64,000 bases of DNA from Alphaproteobacteria bacterium (GTDB lineage: Bacteria > Pseudomonadota > Alphaproteobacteria > UBA828), in NCBI GenBank assembly GCA_963422645.2, contig CAXXVO010000006.1:128001-192000 (forward strand). Direction: 5' to 3'. The translations under genes and the position numbers were made by a program. The notes beneath the pieces are model-generated. The model made no database searches and had not been told where the DNA came from. It saw only the letters and a list, made by a program, of their open reading frames with translations. This document shows positions 20,064-29,179 of the stretch, piece by piece (position 1 is the first letter of the stretch; each line of letters opens with the position of its first letter).

Positions 20064-21001
20064 GAAACAACCGGAATACACCTTACCTTGGCCGCTAAGC
20101 TGTCCGAATAGGCGAGGCCACCTCAGTGAAACCCGGCGACCACAGAGGAGCACACGGGCGTCGCGTGGGTAGCGTTGTGCCGAATCCCAGAGAATTTTCA
20201 CAGCAAGAACCTGGGCAGTTACCGATTTCCGCGACCGACGAGGAATGGGACGACGTCCACTCAGGCGCAAAGAAGGCCGGAATGACAGCGTCGGCCTGGG
20301 CCGTCCATTGCGCGCTCACGGTAGACCCCTTGCCGCGGAAGCATCGCCGGCTGGTCCTCGACGAGAAAGAGCAGAGGTCCATCCCGAGGGCCGTGGGCGA
20401 GCATGCCCGGAGCCTGATTGCGGACATCGACGCGCCTTCGCAGTTCGCGGACGACCTCGGCGCACTGCTGAAGGCGCGGCTCGAGACGATGGTCCGGGAA
20501 GGCCGGGGCAGCGAAGCCGAGGCGATCCTTCGACAAGTGCTCGGCGACGAGCGGGCGGCAGCCATCGCTGCCGCTCTCTCGGCGAACGCACCGGCGGAGA
20601 CCGCATCGGCGCAGAAACCGCGAAAGAAGGCGTCCCGCCGAAAGAAGGCGCCCTGCAACCCGGATCAGATCGAGCTGTTGTGATCGCTGTGAGGTCGATC
20701 GGGCGAACGCGTGCAACGGCGCGGAGAGAGGACTATCGGGTCAACCCGAGGATGCCTCTGCTCTCGTCCGGATCGGGCTCGGAATACGGGGGACGCCTCG
20801 GGTGATGACCCTTGACCGACGGGGCGAAGGCCGGGGCCGAGGCGGGCCGGCCGGCCAACGAAGGGCCGGAGCGCTCGCCGCGCTGCATCGAACGCGCCCG
20901 GGCCAGGCGCTGGAACGGCGTCCTGCCCGCCACCACGGTGGGCGGCAACGTCACGCCGCTCTTGTCGCTCAAGTGAAGCGGGGGGCGTCGGAGGGACGAT
21001 C

Positions 21002-22369
21002 ATGCTTCTCGAAGTCGTAAAGGCGTTCAGCCGGGAGCACGTCGGGTGGCTCAGCCGTCTCCAGGCATCCGTCCTGCGCGAGGTGAAGGGCGCAGCGGTA
21101 GAGGGCAGTAAGGCGGAGCAGGAGGTGAAAAGGATCTACGATCCCTTGACCGAGGACCTGCGCAAGCAGAACCGCTGGATCCTGTGCAATTGCCTGCCCG
21201 AAGGATGGGAACAGCCGGTCAACGTGCTCGTCCGGGGACGGCACGGCATCCATCTCCGCAACCGTCCCAACGCTGAGGTGCCGCATGACGTGAATTGCGT
21301 CTTCCGCCTGCGCGAAGCATCGCAAGACACCTCCAGATACTTCTTCAATCCGCTGACGCACGGCCGGCAGGGTGCGGCTTCGGGGGACCGTGACCGGCGG
21401 CGCGAACCCGGGGGCCGGGGCGGCCGGGCTGTCCCGACCGTCGCCCGCATTCTCAAATGCTTAATCCGGGAGGCGCGGCTGCACACGCTGGCGGGCGCCG
21501 AGCAGTTTCCGTCTGTGGCGGACTGGCTCGCGGAACTCGCGCGCGCCGCGGCCGCGTTCCCCGTTGCGCCGAACGTTCCGGCGTCGGAGGTGCTGTTCAC
21601 AGACCCCGCGAGCTGGCGCTCGGGTGAATTCCGGGAAAGGCTGGATGCCCGCGCGCAGAAATGGCCGAAGGGTTCCCCGCCCTGCGGCTTCCTGTGCTGG
21701 GTCGCGCACGACGTGGAGGACCACGAGATCAACGGCAAGAGCAGGGGCGCCGGCCACGTGAGGGTGACCTCTCCCGTGGATTCTCCGCTCGTCTACGGCA
21801 AGAGGGTGGTGGGGCCCTATCTCTTCCTGGGCGCGCTGGAACAATCCGCAGACCGGTCCGGGTGGGAGTGCTGCATGGCCTGTGCAATGCCCATCGCCGC
21901 GCCGGAATTGCCGATCCCGGTCGATTCGGACTACGAGCGCCAGGCGGTGCTGTCCCTTCCACAGCTGGTCCGGGACCTGCGGAGCGACACGAAGCTCGAG
22001 GAGGCGCTCGGCGGGGTCGTCGGGGTCGAGCTCCAGAGGCCGCTCTTCTACATAGGGGTGCGCGGAGGCGACTGTCTGCCGGACGGCCTTCTCACCGTCA
22101 CCCGCCCGGGCGGTCCAGCCCCCCGTGTCCCCGGCGGCCCCTTCGACGACAGCGACAAGGTGCGCTACGTCTTCGAGGTCATGGGGTCCGACGACGCGCA
22201 ATACGAGAGGAAGAAGGAAAAGACCCACCGCCGGATGAGACGGCTCGGCCGGGTGATCCGCCTGGAGGGGCGGCAGTTCGGGTCCGCTCACTCCGGCCTG
22301 GAGCGCCAGCTCGAGAGGGCCGCCTTTCGGATCGCGAACGATCTCGTCCGGCGGTGGGGAGGAAGCTGA
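21002..22369 (+). CDS. DUF1173-like protein (Cys/His zinc motif plus PD-(D/E)xK-like nuclease)
   Basis: WILCNC...HDVNCVF at the N-terminus; IPVDSDYER, LPDGLL...FEVMG...YERKK at the C-terminus. Confidence 0.55.
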   Translation: MLLEVVKAFSREHVGWLSRLQASVLREVKGAAVEGSKAEQEVKRIYDPLTEDLRKQNRWILCNCLPEGWEQPVNVLVRGRHGIHLRNRPNAEVPHDVNCVFRLREASQDTSRYFFNPLTHGRQGAASGDRDRRREPGGRGGRAVPTVARILKCLIREARLHTLAGAEQFPSVADWLAELARAAAAFPVAPNVPASEVLFTDPASWRSGEFRERLDARAQKWPKGSPPCGFLCWVAHDVEDHEINGKSRGAGHVRVTSPVDSPLVYGKRVVGPYLFLGALEQSADRSGWECCMACAMPIAAPELPIPVDSDYERQAVLSLPQLVRDLRSDTKLEEALGGVVGVELQRPLFYIGVRGGDCLPDGLLTVTRPGGPAPRVPGGPFDDSDKVRYVFEVMGSDDAQYERKKEKTHRRMRRLGRVIRLEGRQFGSAHSGLERQLERAAFRIANDLVRRWGGS

Positions 22370-22549
22370 CGGTTCCGGTTGCCGCGGCGGGCATCCGGCG
22401 TCCTGAAAATGCCGGACCGACACGTCGGAGGAGCCCGGCGATCGCCTGAGCCTCACCGGACTCCGCGACGGCCTGGAGCGCACGAGGTAGGGCGGACTAC
22501 CGGGCCCGATCGGTTGTGCGGGAATACGACGCCCCGTGGCATCTAACAT

Positions 22550-24868
22550 CTAAGGGGGCATCATCTTCATGCCATGGTGCGGTCCCGGCTGTTGCAGTAT
22601 GGCCCGTTTCTGGTCGAGCTCCGTATCCTGGGCGTGCTTCCTGGACCAGCGTTCATCCTCGTCCCGGAATGCGCGCCATCGCGCGAACGCGGTGAGTTGG
22701 TCGAGCAAGAGGCTGAATTTCTGACAGGGCTCGTGGTCCGAACGCCAGAGTTCGCGAAGCGTGCAGTGGTCCTCCGCTTCGGTCTTCTCCGCCGTTATAT
22801 CGAGCACCTCCAGCTCGATCTGCACGACCGTCGGGCGACCCAGGCGCGAGTTCTCCGACGCCGCAGTTTCCGATCCGCCGACCTCGCTGCACCACAACCG
22901 GTCGCCCCTGGTGAGATCCCGTGAGCAGTCGAGCGGATAGCTGGCCGGGGGTCCCGGCCACTGGCGCTCCAGTTCGGCCTGCCGGAGCCTCTCGTCGCTC
23001 CACTCCGCCCGATGGACGTCGTAGCCCGCGAGCCTCAGCCCGGACATTCGTGTCACCGGCTCTTCGGGTGTGCGCCCCGTCGCCGCCGCAACCCATTCGA
23101 GCTCCACCATGTCGTTGCGGTCGCATCCGCCGGTCCTTCCGGGCTGGAGCACCACTGCCTCGCGTTGCGGCCCATCGTCCGATAGCCCCAGCGTTATCCG
23201 CTCGCCCACGAGCAGCGGTTCCTGCCCGCCCCAGCGTTTGGTGAATGCATGAGAGGTGCCGGGATCCCGAAGCCGTGCCAGCTCCGCGCCCACCATCTCC
23301 GCGATCCGGTCCTCCTCCAGCCCTGGAATGGCTCTCCGCTCGCTTGCGTGCCGAAGTCCTTGCTCGATGCGCTCAAGCAAATCCGGGCGGCCTTGCCAGC
23401 GCTCCCGGGTGTCCTCGTCCAGTACCCACTGGGCGTCTTCCTCGAACTCGCGGTTTCGTTCCTGCCATGCCGGCCATTCCGACAGCAGGGAGCGGGGAAC
23501 GTCCTCGCGCGCCGCGCGTTCCTCAAGTCGGCGGTATTGCTCGTCTACCGCATTCGCTTCCCGGAACAGGTCTCGGAACGTCATCCATTCGGCTGACAGG
23601 TCGGCATACTCGTCGATCTCGCCCTGCAGCCGGCGCCGGGCCGCTTCTTCCAGGTCCGATTCCCTCGCCAGACGCTCCGCTCGGGCGATGGCCTGGTCGT
23701 ACCCCTCGTCACCGACGGGCGATATGCCCTGCGTCACCGGGCTGGGCTTCGTTTGCTCGATCCCGTCCATCACCGAGACGAAGCGGTCGAGCAGACGGTG
23801 TCTCTCCATCCTCTCCAGCGCGGCAGCCAGTTCTTGCCTGCCGTCCGGTATTTGGTCGAGATGGGGAGCATAGGTGTCTTCGTCCTTGTCAATCTTGCGT
23901 CCCGTGGTCAGCAGCTCCTTCGGGATTTTGGGGAGGGACCGGTAGCCGAGCAGATCGGTGACGAGGAAGTCCGGGTCCTGCCGGGCGCGCCGTTTCGCTT
24001 CTTCCTCCAGGGGGTCCCGGCGCTGCCGATGGTCCTCGGCGTCCTTGAAAAAGCCGACGACGGCGGCGCTCAGCGCGCTCCCTGCTGCGCAGGCGGTCGT
24101 ATCCCAGCACCCGTTGCGCCATTTCCCCGGCCTGGTCAGGCAAGCCCTTCCGCCGGCCAAGCTTGCGGGCCTCCTCGACGAGCTCTTTCCAGCCGGGCAG
24201 ATAAAAGGCGATGACGGTCCCGGCCTTCGCCCGCTCCGCCATCGTCTGACGCTCCTGGAACACCCGCGCCCAGGCCAGGTCGTGGTCGCCGAGTTGATCA
24301 AACCCTTTGACGGCGGCCGCGATCTTCCCCGCTTCATCTTTCAGCCGGTCGAGATGGGGTTTCCATGTATCCGTATCCTTACGCTTGGCGCGCCAGTCTT
24401 CGCCCAACTTCCCGCAACGCGCCAACCAGCCGGCATAGCCCTCCAGTTCCGTGGGCGGGGTGAACGCGGGCCCGCCAGCCCTGCGGGCGCGGTCCTCCAG
24501 CTTCGAGCGCTCGTCCAGAAGGCCGGCCGCAGAGGCATGAAGCGCGACGATTTCCGCCTTCAGTTCTTTGCACGCCTCTGCCTGGTCAAGGACCCTCATG
24601 GCCGCTGCCAGTGTCCATGCCGGCAGGTGGGGCGACTTGGCGAGTGTCGTGGCCCGCTTGACGAGATCGTCGTGGCCCTCGGCGTAGAACGAAATCGTGC
24701 CGTCCGCCGCAGCGCGCGCCGCCACCTCGCCGCGCAGCGTCTCGAAGCCGAGGACCGCATCGTCGACCGCCAGGAGGTCGGCGAGCAGCCCGAGGCGTTC
24801 GGAGATCGTGCTGCCGGCCTCGCCCGCACGCGCGCCCAGCTCGGCGAGCAGGAGCTTGCCCTTCGCCG
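22550..24868 (-). pseudogene. 5'-truncated, frameshifted remnant of a large helical protein, possibly a relaxase C-terminal region
   Basis: Two minus frames join near 24070; internal repeats (DTWKPHLDRL / DTYAPHLDQI; ISFYAEG / IAFYLPG). No catalytic motif is visible, so the relaxase call is inferred from context. Confidence 0.4.
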
Positions 24869-24873
24869 ACAGA

Positions 24874-26391
24874 CGCCCCGACCACCTCAGCCACGGCCTG
24901 CTCGACGGGGGCCGCACGGGCCGGCTCGTCGCCCTGCACGACGACGGGTGCACCCTCGACCGCGCCGTGCGGATCGCCGGCGCGGCGGGGACCGACTGGC
25001 TGATGCTGCGCCGGCCCGAAGGGGCGCTCGAGACCGTGCGCGCCCATGCCGGCCCGCCCGGCTCCGACGCGCGTGCGGACGGCGCCGAAACCGCCCGCGT
25101 GTGGACAGCGCCCGCGCCGGAGGACGGAATCGGCGAGCCCGTCGACACGCTCTGGCGCCTCTATCCCGCAGGCGCCGGGCCGGCGAGGGTGAAGGTCGTG
25201 GGCGTCAGCCCCAGATCCGGGGACCGGGTGCGCCTCGAGGCCGTCGACGAGGCCGGCGCCTACTACGCCGCCGCCACCGCCGACCTCTCGGTCGATCTGC
25301 CGCAGATACGGCGCAATCTGCCGCGGGTCCTGCACGCCACCGTCACCGAGACCCTGATCCGCGTCGGCGCCGCCTTCCTCGTCGAGATCGCGCTCTCCCT
25401 CACCGTCGCCGGCGACTGGCGCGGCGCCGAGGTCCGCGCGTCGTGGGAGCGCCGGCCCATGCGCACCGTCGCCAGCCTCGACGGCGGCGACACGGAGGCG
25501 CGCTGGACCAGCCCGCCCGAGGGCTGGATCGAGATCGTCGTCCTGCCCCGCGGCGGCGGCCCGCGGCACCGCATCGCATATACGATCCGCGGCCTGCGCA
25601 CGCCCCCCGGCGCCGTCGGCGAGGCCCACGTCGAGCGCCTCGGCGACGGAACCCGGCGCTTCCGCTGGGCCGAGCCGCCCGACCCCGACCTGCTCGGCGT
25701 CCGCATCAGATACGGACCCGCGCCCGGCTGGCCCGCAGATCCGGGCACGCCGTGGGAAGAGCTGCGCGCGATCCACCGGGGGTGGCTCACCGCAAGCCCG
25801 TGGGAGGCCGTCGAGCCCGCCGCCGGCGACTGGGTATTCTCCTTCCGCGCCCTCGACACCGGCGGGCGCTACGGCCCCGAGAGCCGCGTCACCGCGCGCC
25901 TCGGCGCCCAGCGCCGGGGCGAGAGCCTGTTCTGGGCCTGCCCCAGCGCCGAGGGATGGACCCGCGGCACGCTCGCCGGCGCGGCCCTCGACTTCTCCTG
26001 GGCCGATCCCGCCACCGGCGCCGCCGACTACGCCTGGCGCGGCCTCACCACCTGGGACGCCTGGACCGGATGGGCGCTCCCCGGCGCGGCCTGGGCGGCC
26101 GAGCCCACCGTCTACACCTCCATGCCGGCAGACCTCGGCCAGGACGGCGTCGTCTCGGTGCTCGCCTGGGACTCCGACGCCGCCGTCCAGCCGACGGTGC
26201 GCGTGCGCGCCGCCGACTTCCGAGACGACCTCGCCTCCGCCGCCTGGACCGGCTACGCCGCCGGGGACAGGATTGCAGGACGCATCGTCCAGGTCGAGTG
26301 GACCTGGACCTGGGAGCGCGGGCAACTCCCCACCGTCAAGTACCTCTGCTTCGGCCTCGCCCGCGCCCATATCGCCGCGCCGGCGAGCTGA
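24874..26391 (+). pseudogene. C-terminal part of a phage tail-tip / host-specificity (lambda J-like) protein, 5' truncated
   Basis: SHGLLDGGRTGRL, VKVVGVSP...VRLEAVDE..AYY, and FN3-like RFRWAEPPDPDLLGVRIRY...FRALDTGG. The listed ORF start at 24697 is antisense to the neighbouring remnant. Confidence 0.75.
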
Positions 26392-26412
26392 GTGGGCGCG
26401 AAAGGAAACCCA

Positions 26413-27180
26413 ATGACCGCATGGCCCACCCGGAAGATCGACACCACCCACCTCGACCAGGGCAGCGATTCGCCCGCCCACGCCCGCGTCGCCATAAAGG
26501 CCATGGCCGACACAATCAACGCCATGATCGACGCCTTCGGCGATCCGGGCGGCGTCGCCACCCTCGACGGCTCCGGCCTGCACCCCTTCCGCCAGATGCG
26601 GGGCGAGGTGTTCACCGCGTCCGAGCGCACGCGGCTGGCCAACCTCAGCGAGACCACGCCGCCGCCGCGTCCCGCGCCCACGCCCACGCCGCGCGGGCGG
26701 AAGACCTTCACCACGCCCGGGACATTCTACTTCAAGGTGCCCTCGGGCGTGACCCGCGTGCGCACGCAGTTGCAGGGCGGCAGCGGCGGCGACGGCAGCG
26801 ACTATAGCCGCACCGTCAGCGGCAGGGGCGACTCGAGGACCACCACCTGGCGTGGCGGCGAGGGCGGCGGCGGCGGATTCATCTACTTCGATATCGCGGT
26901 CAGGGCGGGCGGGACCTACCCCGTCATCGTTGGAGGCAACGGAGCGAACGGAGCGCGCGGCAGGGACGGCGCCGACGGCGGCGACACCACCTTCCTCTAC
27001 GGCAAGGCGTACGGCGGCAAGGGCGGCAAGAGAGCGCAATACAACCGCAACGGCGCAGACGGCGCAGACGGAAACTCCTACGCCCCCTTCATGTCGAGTG
27101 TGAGCAACTCGAGCAAGCAGGTCCAGCTCGTCGTGCCCTCCCCGGTCTCCGCCGGCTATGTCGTCGTCGAGTGGGGCTGA
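26413..27180 (+). CDS. Putative tail fibre, cassette 1 (glycine-rich domain)
   Basis: AAAGGA RBS; GVATLDGSG, Pro linker, FTTPGTFYFKVPSGVTRV..GGSGG, and a GYVVVEWG end; follows the J-like gene. Confidence 0.7.
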   Translation: MTAWPTRKIDTTHLDQGSDSPAHARVAIKAMADTINAMIDAFGDPGGVATLDGSGLHPFRQMRGEVFTASERTRLANLSETTPPPRPAPTPTPRGRKTFTTPGTFYFKVPSGVTRVRTQLQGGSGGDGSDYSRTVSGRGDSRTTTWRGGEGGGGGFIYFDIAVRAGGTYPVIVGGNGANGARGRDGADGGDTTFLYGKAYGGKGGKRAQYNRNGADGADGNSYAPFMSSVSNSSKQVQLVVPSPVSAGYVVVEWG

Positions 27181-27185
27181 TCGCG

Positions 27186-27341
27186 ATGCGCCGCACCCTC
27201 GTCCCCGCAGGCGGCGGCATCGACAGCACCGCCCTCGCCCTCCTCGTCCTGCGCGAGACCGAAGACGAGGTCGTCCTCTCCTGCAACCGCGCCCGGATCG
27301 CCGCGCCGGCGGGCCGGCGATCGCGAAAGGAAATCACATGA
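27186..27341 (+). CDS. Chimeric 51-aa ORF (QueC-like N-terminus fused to J-like C-terminus)
   Basis: MRRTLVPAGGGIDSTALALLVLRETEDEVVLS-CN-RARIAAPAGRRSRKEIT*; its TGA overlaps the ATG of fibre 2. Confidence 0.5.
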   Translation: MRRTLVPAGGGIDSTALALLVLRETEDEVVLSCNRARIAAPAGRRSRKEIT

Positions 27342-28120
27342 CCGCATGGCCCACCCGGAAGATCGACACCACGCACCTCGACCAGGGCAGCGATTCGCCC
27401 GCCCGCGCCCGCGCTGCCATCAAGCAGATGGCGGACACGATCAACACGATGATCGATGCATTCGGCGATCCGAACGGCGTCGCCACCCTCGACAGGTCCG
27501 GCCTGCACCCCGCCGACCAGATGCGGGGCGAGGTATACACGGCTGCCGAGCGCACGCGGCTGGCCGACCTCAGCGATCGCCCCGCCCCGCCGCGTCCCGC
27601 GCCCGAGCCGGCGCCCCGGCCAACGCCGCGCGGGCGCAAGACCTTCACCACGCCCGGGTCCTTCACCTGGCGCGCGCCCGCGGGCGTGACCCGCGTGCGC
27701 GTGCAGTTGCGGGGCGGCAGCGGCGGCAGCGGCGGCAGCCATGAGGCCGACGGCGGCCGCGGGCCCCGCATCACCTACCGTGGCGGCAGCGGCGGCAGCG
27801 GCGGCTTCGTCTACTTCGAGATCGCGGTCTCGCCGGGCACCTCCTACGGCTTGGCCGCGGGAGGCAACGGAGCGGACGGAGCGGACGGCGGCAGCTGGGC
27901 TCGCACTCGCGACGGCGCAGACGGCGAGGACACCGCCGCCTTCGGCGGCACGGCGCGCGGCGGCAAGGGCGGCCGGGGAGCGCATCGCCGAGGCAACGGA
28001 GCGGACGGCGCAGCCGGAACCGCCTCCGCCCCCGCCGGCGCAAGCGGCGTCAGCCGACACACCCAGCTCACCGTGCCCTCCCCGGTCTCCGCCGGCTATA
28101 TCGTCATCGAGTGGGGCTGA
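27338..28120 (+). CDS. Putative tail fibre, cassette 2 (divergent paralogue)
   Basis: Same MTAWPTRKIDTTHLDQGSDSPA start and VPSPVSAGY.V.EWG end as cassette 1; variable glycine-rich middle. Confidence 0.7.
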   Translation: MTAWPTRKIDTTHLDQGSDSPARARAAIKQMADTINTMIDAFGDPNGVATLDRSGLHPADQMRGEVYTAAERTRLADLSDRPAPPRPAPEPAPRPTPRGRKTFTTPGSFTWRAPAGVTRVRVQLRGGSGGSGGSHEADGGRGPRITYRGGSGGSGGFVYFEIAVSPGTSYGLAAGGNGADGADGGSWARTRDGADGEDTAAFGGTARGGKGGRGAHRRGNGADGAAGTASAPAGASGVSRHTQLTVPSPVSAGYIVIEWG

Positions 28121-28125
28121 TCGCG

Positions 28126-29007
28126 ATGCGCCGCACCCTCGTCCCCGCAGGCGGCGGCATCGACAGCACCGCCCTCGCCCTCCTCGTCCTGCGCGAGACC
28201 GAAGACGAGGTCGTCCTCTCCTACTACCGCGAGCCGGCCCGCGAACTCCCGGAGCGCATCGCCCGCGAGCAGGCCGCAAGCGAGGCCGTCGCAGACTGGC
28301 TCTCCCGCAACGTCCGGCCCGTGCGCCACGTCAGCCGCGACGCCCTGCGCCTCGACCTCGACGCCGGCGCCGAATACCCGATCAGGGGCGGGAGAGGGTG
28401 GGAGGGCGTCTGCGACCCCACATTCGGCCCCTGGGGCCTCGACCGGTACGCAACCCACGCCGACGAGGCCGAGCGCCACCGCGCCGACCGGGTGATGCTC
28501 GGCATCACCTCGTGGGACACCGCCGACGACATGCACCGCATGTACTGGTATCCCGTCTACCGCGCGCGCACCGCCGTCCCCATGGAACTCCCCTTCTTCC
28601 CCGGCTGGGAGGACGGCGCGCAGTGGCCGCCGTCGCGGGACGACCCCTTCGGACCCGTCGCCGGGCGCTTCATGCTCCAGGCCCTGCTCCCGCCCGGGCT
28701 GGAGGCGCTCACCTGGCGATGCACCGTCGCGGCAGAGCCCTGCGGACGCTGCCCCCGATGCCGCCTCAACGCCTTCTTCGAGCGCTTCTGCCGGGGACGC
28801 CCGGCGGACGGGATCGCCCGCATCGACGACGCCCTCGAACGACACCGCGGCGCAGGCCGATGGTACGCCGACGCCGACCCCGGAAGATGGACCGGTCACG
28901 ACGGATACGACGCCGCAGAACGCGCCGTCGAAGACCCCGAATGGTGGAAGGCCGAACTCGAACGCCCGTGCCGCCCCGGCGCCCGCCCCGGTCCCGACCG
29001 CGCCTGA
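28126..29007 (+). CDS. QueC-like PP-loop adenylation enzyme
   Basis: N-terminal AGGGIDST (SGGxDS-like) and C-terminal TWRC...PCGRCPRC, matching the QueC zinc-site pattern. Confidence 0.7.
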   Translation: MRRTLVPAGGGIDSTALALLVLRETEDEVVLSYYREPARELPERIAREQAASEAVADWLSRNVRPVRHVSRDALRLDLDAGAEYPIRGGRGWEGVCDPTFGPWGLDRYATHADEAERHRADRVMLGITSWDTADDMHRMYWYPVYRARTAVPMELPFFPGWEDGAQWPPSRDDPFGPVAGRFMLQALLPPGLEALTWRCTVAAEPCGRCPRCRLNAFFERFCRGRPADGIARIDDALERHRGAGRWYADADPGRWTGHDGYDAAERAVEDPEWWKAELERPCRPGARPGPDRA

Positions 29008-29129
29008 AACCCCCACGCACCGCCCGTGCACGGGCCCTGAACCCCCCGCGCAGCGCTCCTTCATGGCCCATGCACAGGCCGGTTTTTCCAGCCCGGTTCA
29101 GCCCCGAAAACCAGCCGATTTTCCAGGCC

Positions 29130-29179
29130 ATTCGCAAAGACTTCCGGCCGCGATTCGCAAAGACTTCCGGCCGGCTACA
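29130..29179 (-). mobile_element. Mu-like transposable phage right end
   Basis: Minus strand TGTAG C CGGCCGGAAGTCTTTGCGAAT CG CGGCCGGAAGTCTTTGCGAAT: terminal TG plus two 21-bp direct repeats; IS66 sequence starts at the next base. Confidence 0.75.

Larger units (their letters stand above)
18781..20125 (+). mobile_element. IS3-family element, 1345 bp
   Basis: TG...CA ends with IRs TGAGGTGGCC...TCGGACAG; 3-bp duplication GTG inside the IS66 3' non-coding tail. Confidence 0.93.
16987..20222 (+). mobile_element. IS66 copy 2 carrying a nested IS3
   Basis: Same IRs as copy 1; 8-bp target duplication CGATTTCC at 16979-16986 and 20223-20230. Confidence 0.95.
16939..20683 (+). pseudogene. MobC/RHH-like protein 3, interrupted by IS66 copy 2
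   Basis: Removing 16987-20230 gives MTKPRVRKKRTEQTISATDEEWDDVHSGAKKAGMTASAWAVHCAL...RLVLDEKEQR; ATGA overlap with the upstream gene. Confidence 0.75.
27132..28222 (+). repeat. 151-bp direct repeats (27132-27282 and 28072-28222)
   Basis: Each repeat is the fibre 3' end plus the first ~97 nt of the QueC-like gene; two mismatches seen; period 940 bp. Confidence 0.92.

Noticed and set aside
14081-20222. Composite transposon formed by IS66 copies 1 and 2
   Set aside because: Each copy has its own matched 8-bp duplication, so they are independent insertions.
23958-27039. 949-aa (+) and 817-aa (-) ORFs
   Set aside because: Low-complexity alternative frames over the J-like and fibre genes, as expected in high-GC DNA.
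26413-28120. Diversity-generating retroelement (TR/VR pair) in the two fibre genes
   Set aside because: Differences include indels, synonymous changes and non-adenine positions, both copies are full ORFs, and no reverse transcriptase is present in the window.
29130-29179. Mini-CRISPR or iterons
   Set aside because: Only two copies separated by 2 bp, ending in CA at an insertion junction; this fits transposase binding sites better.
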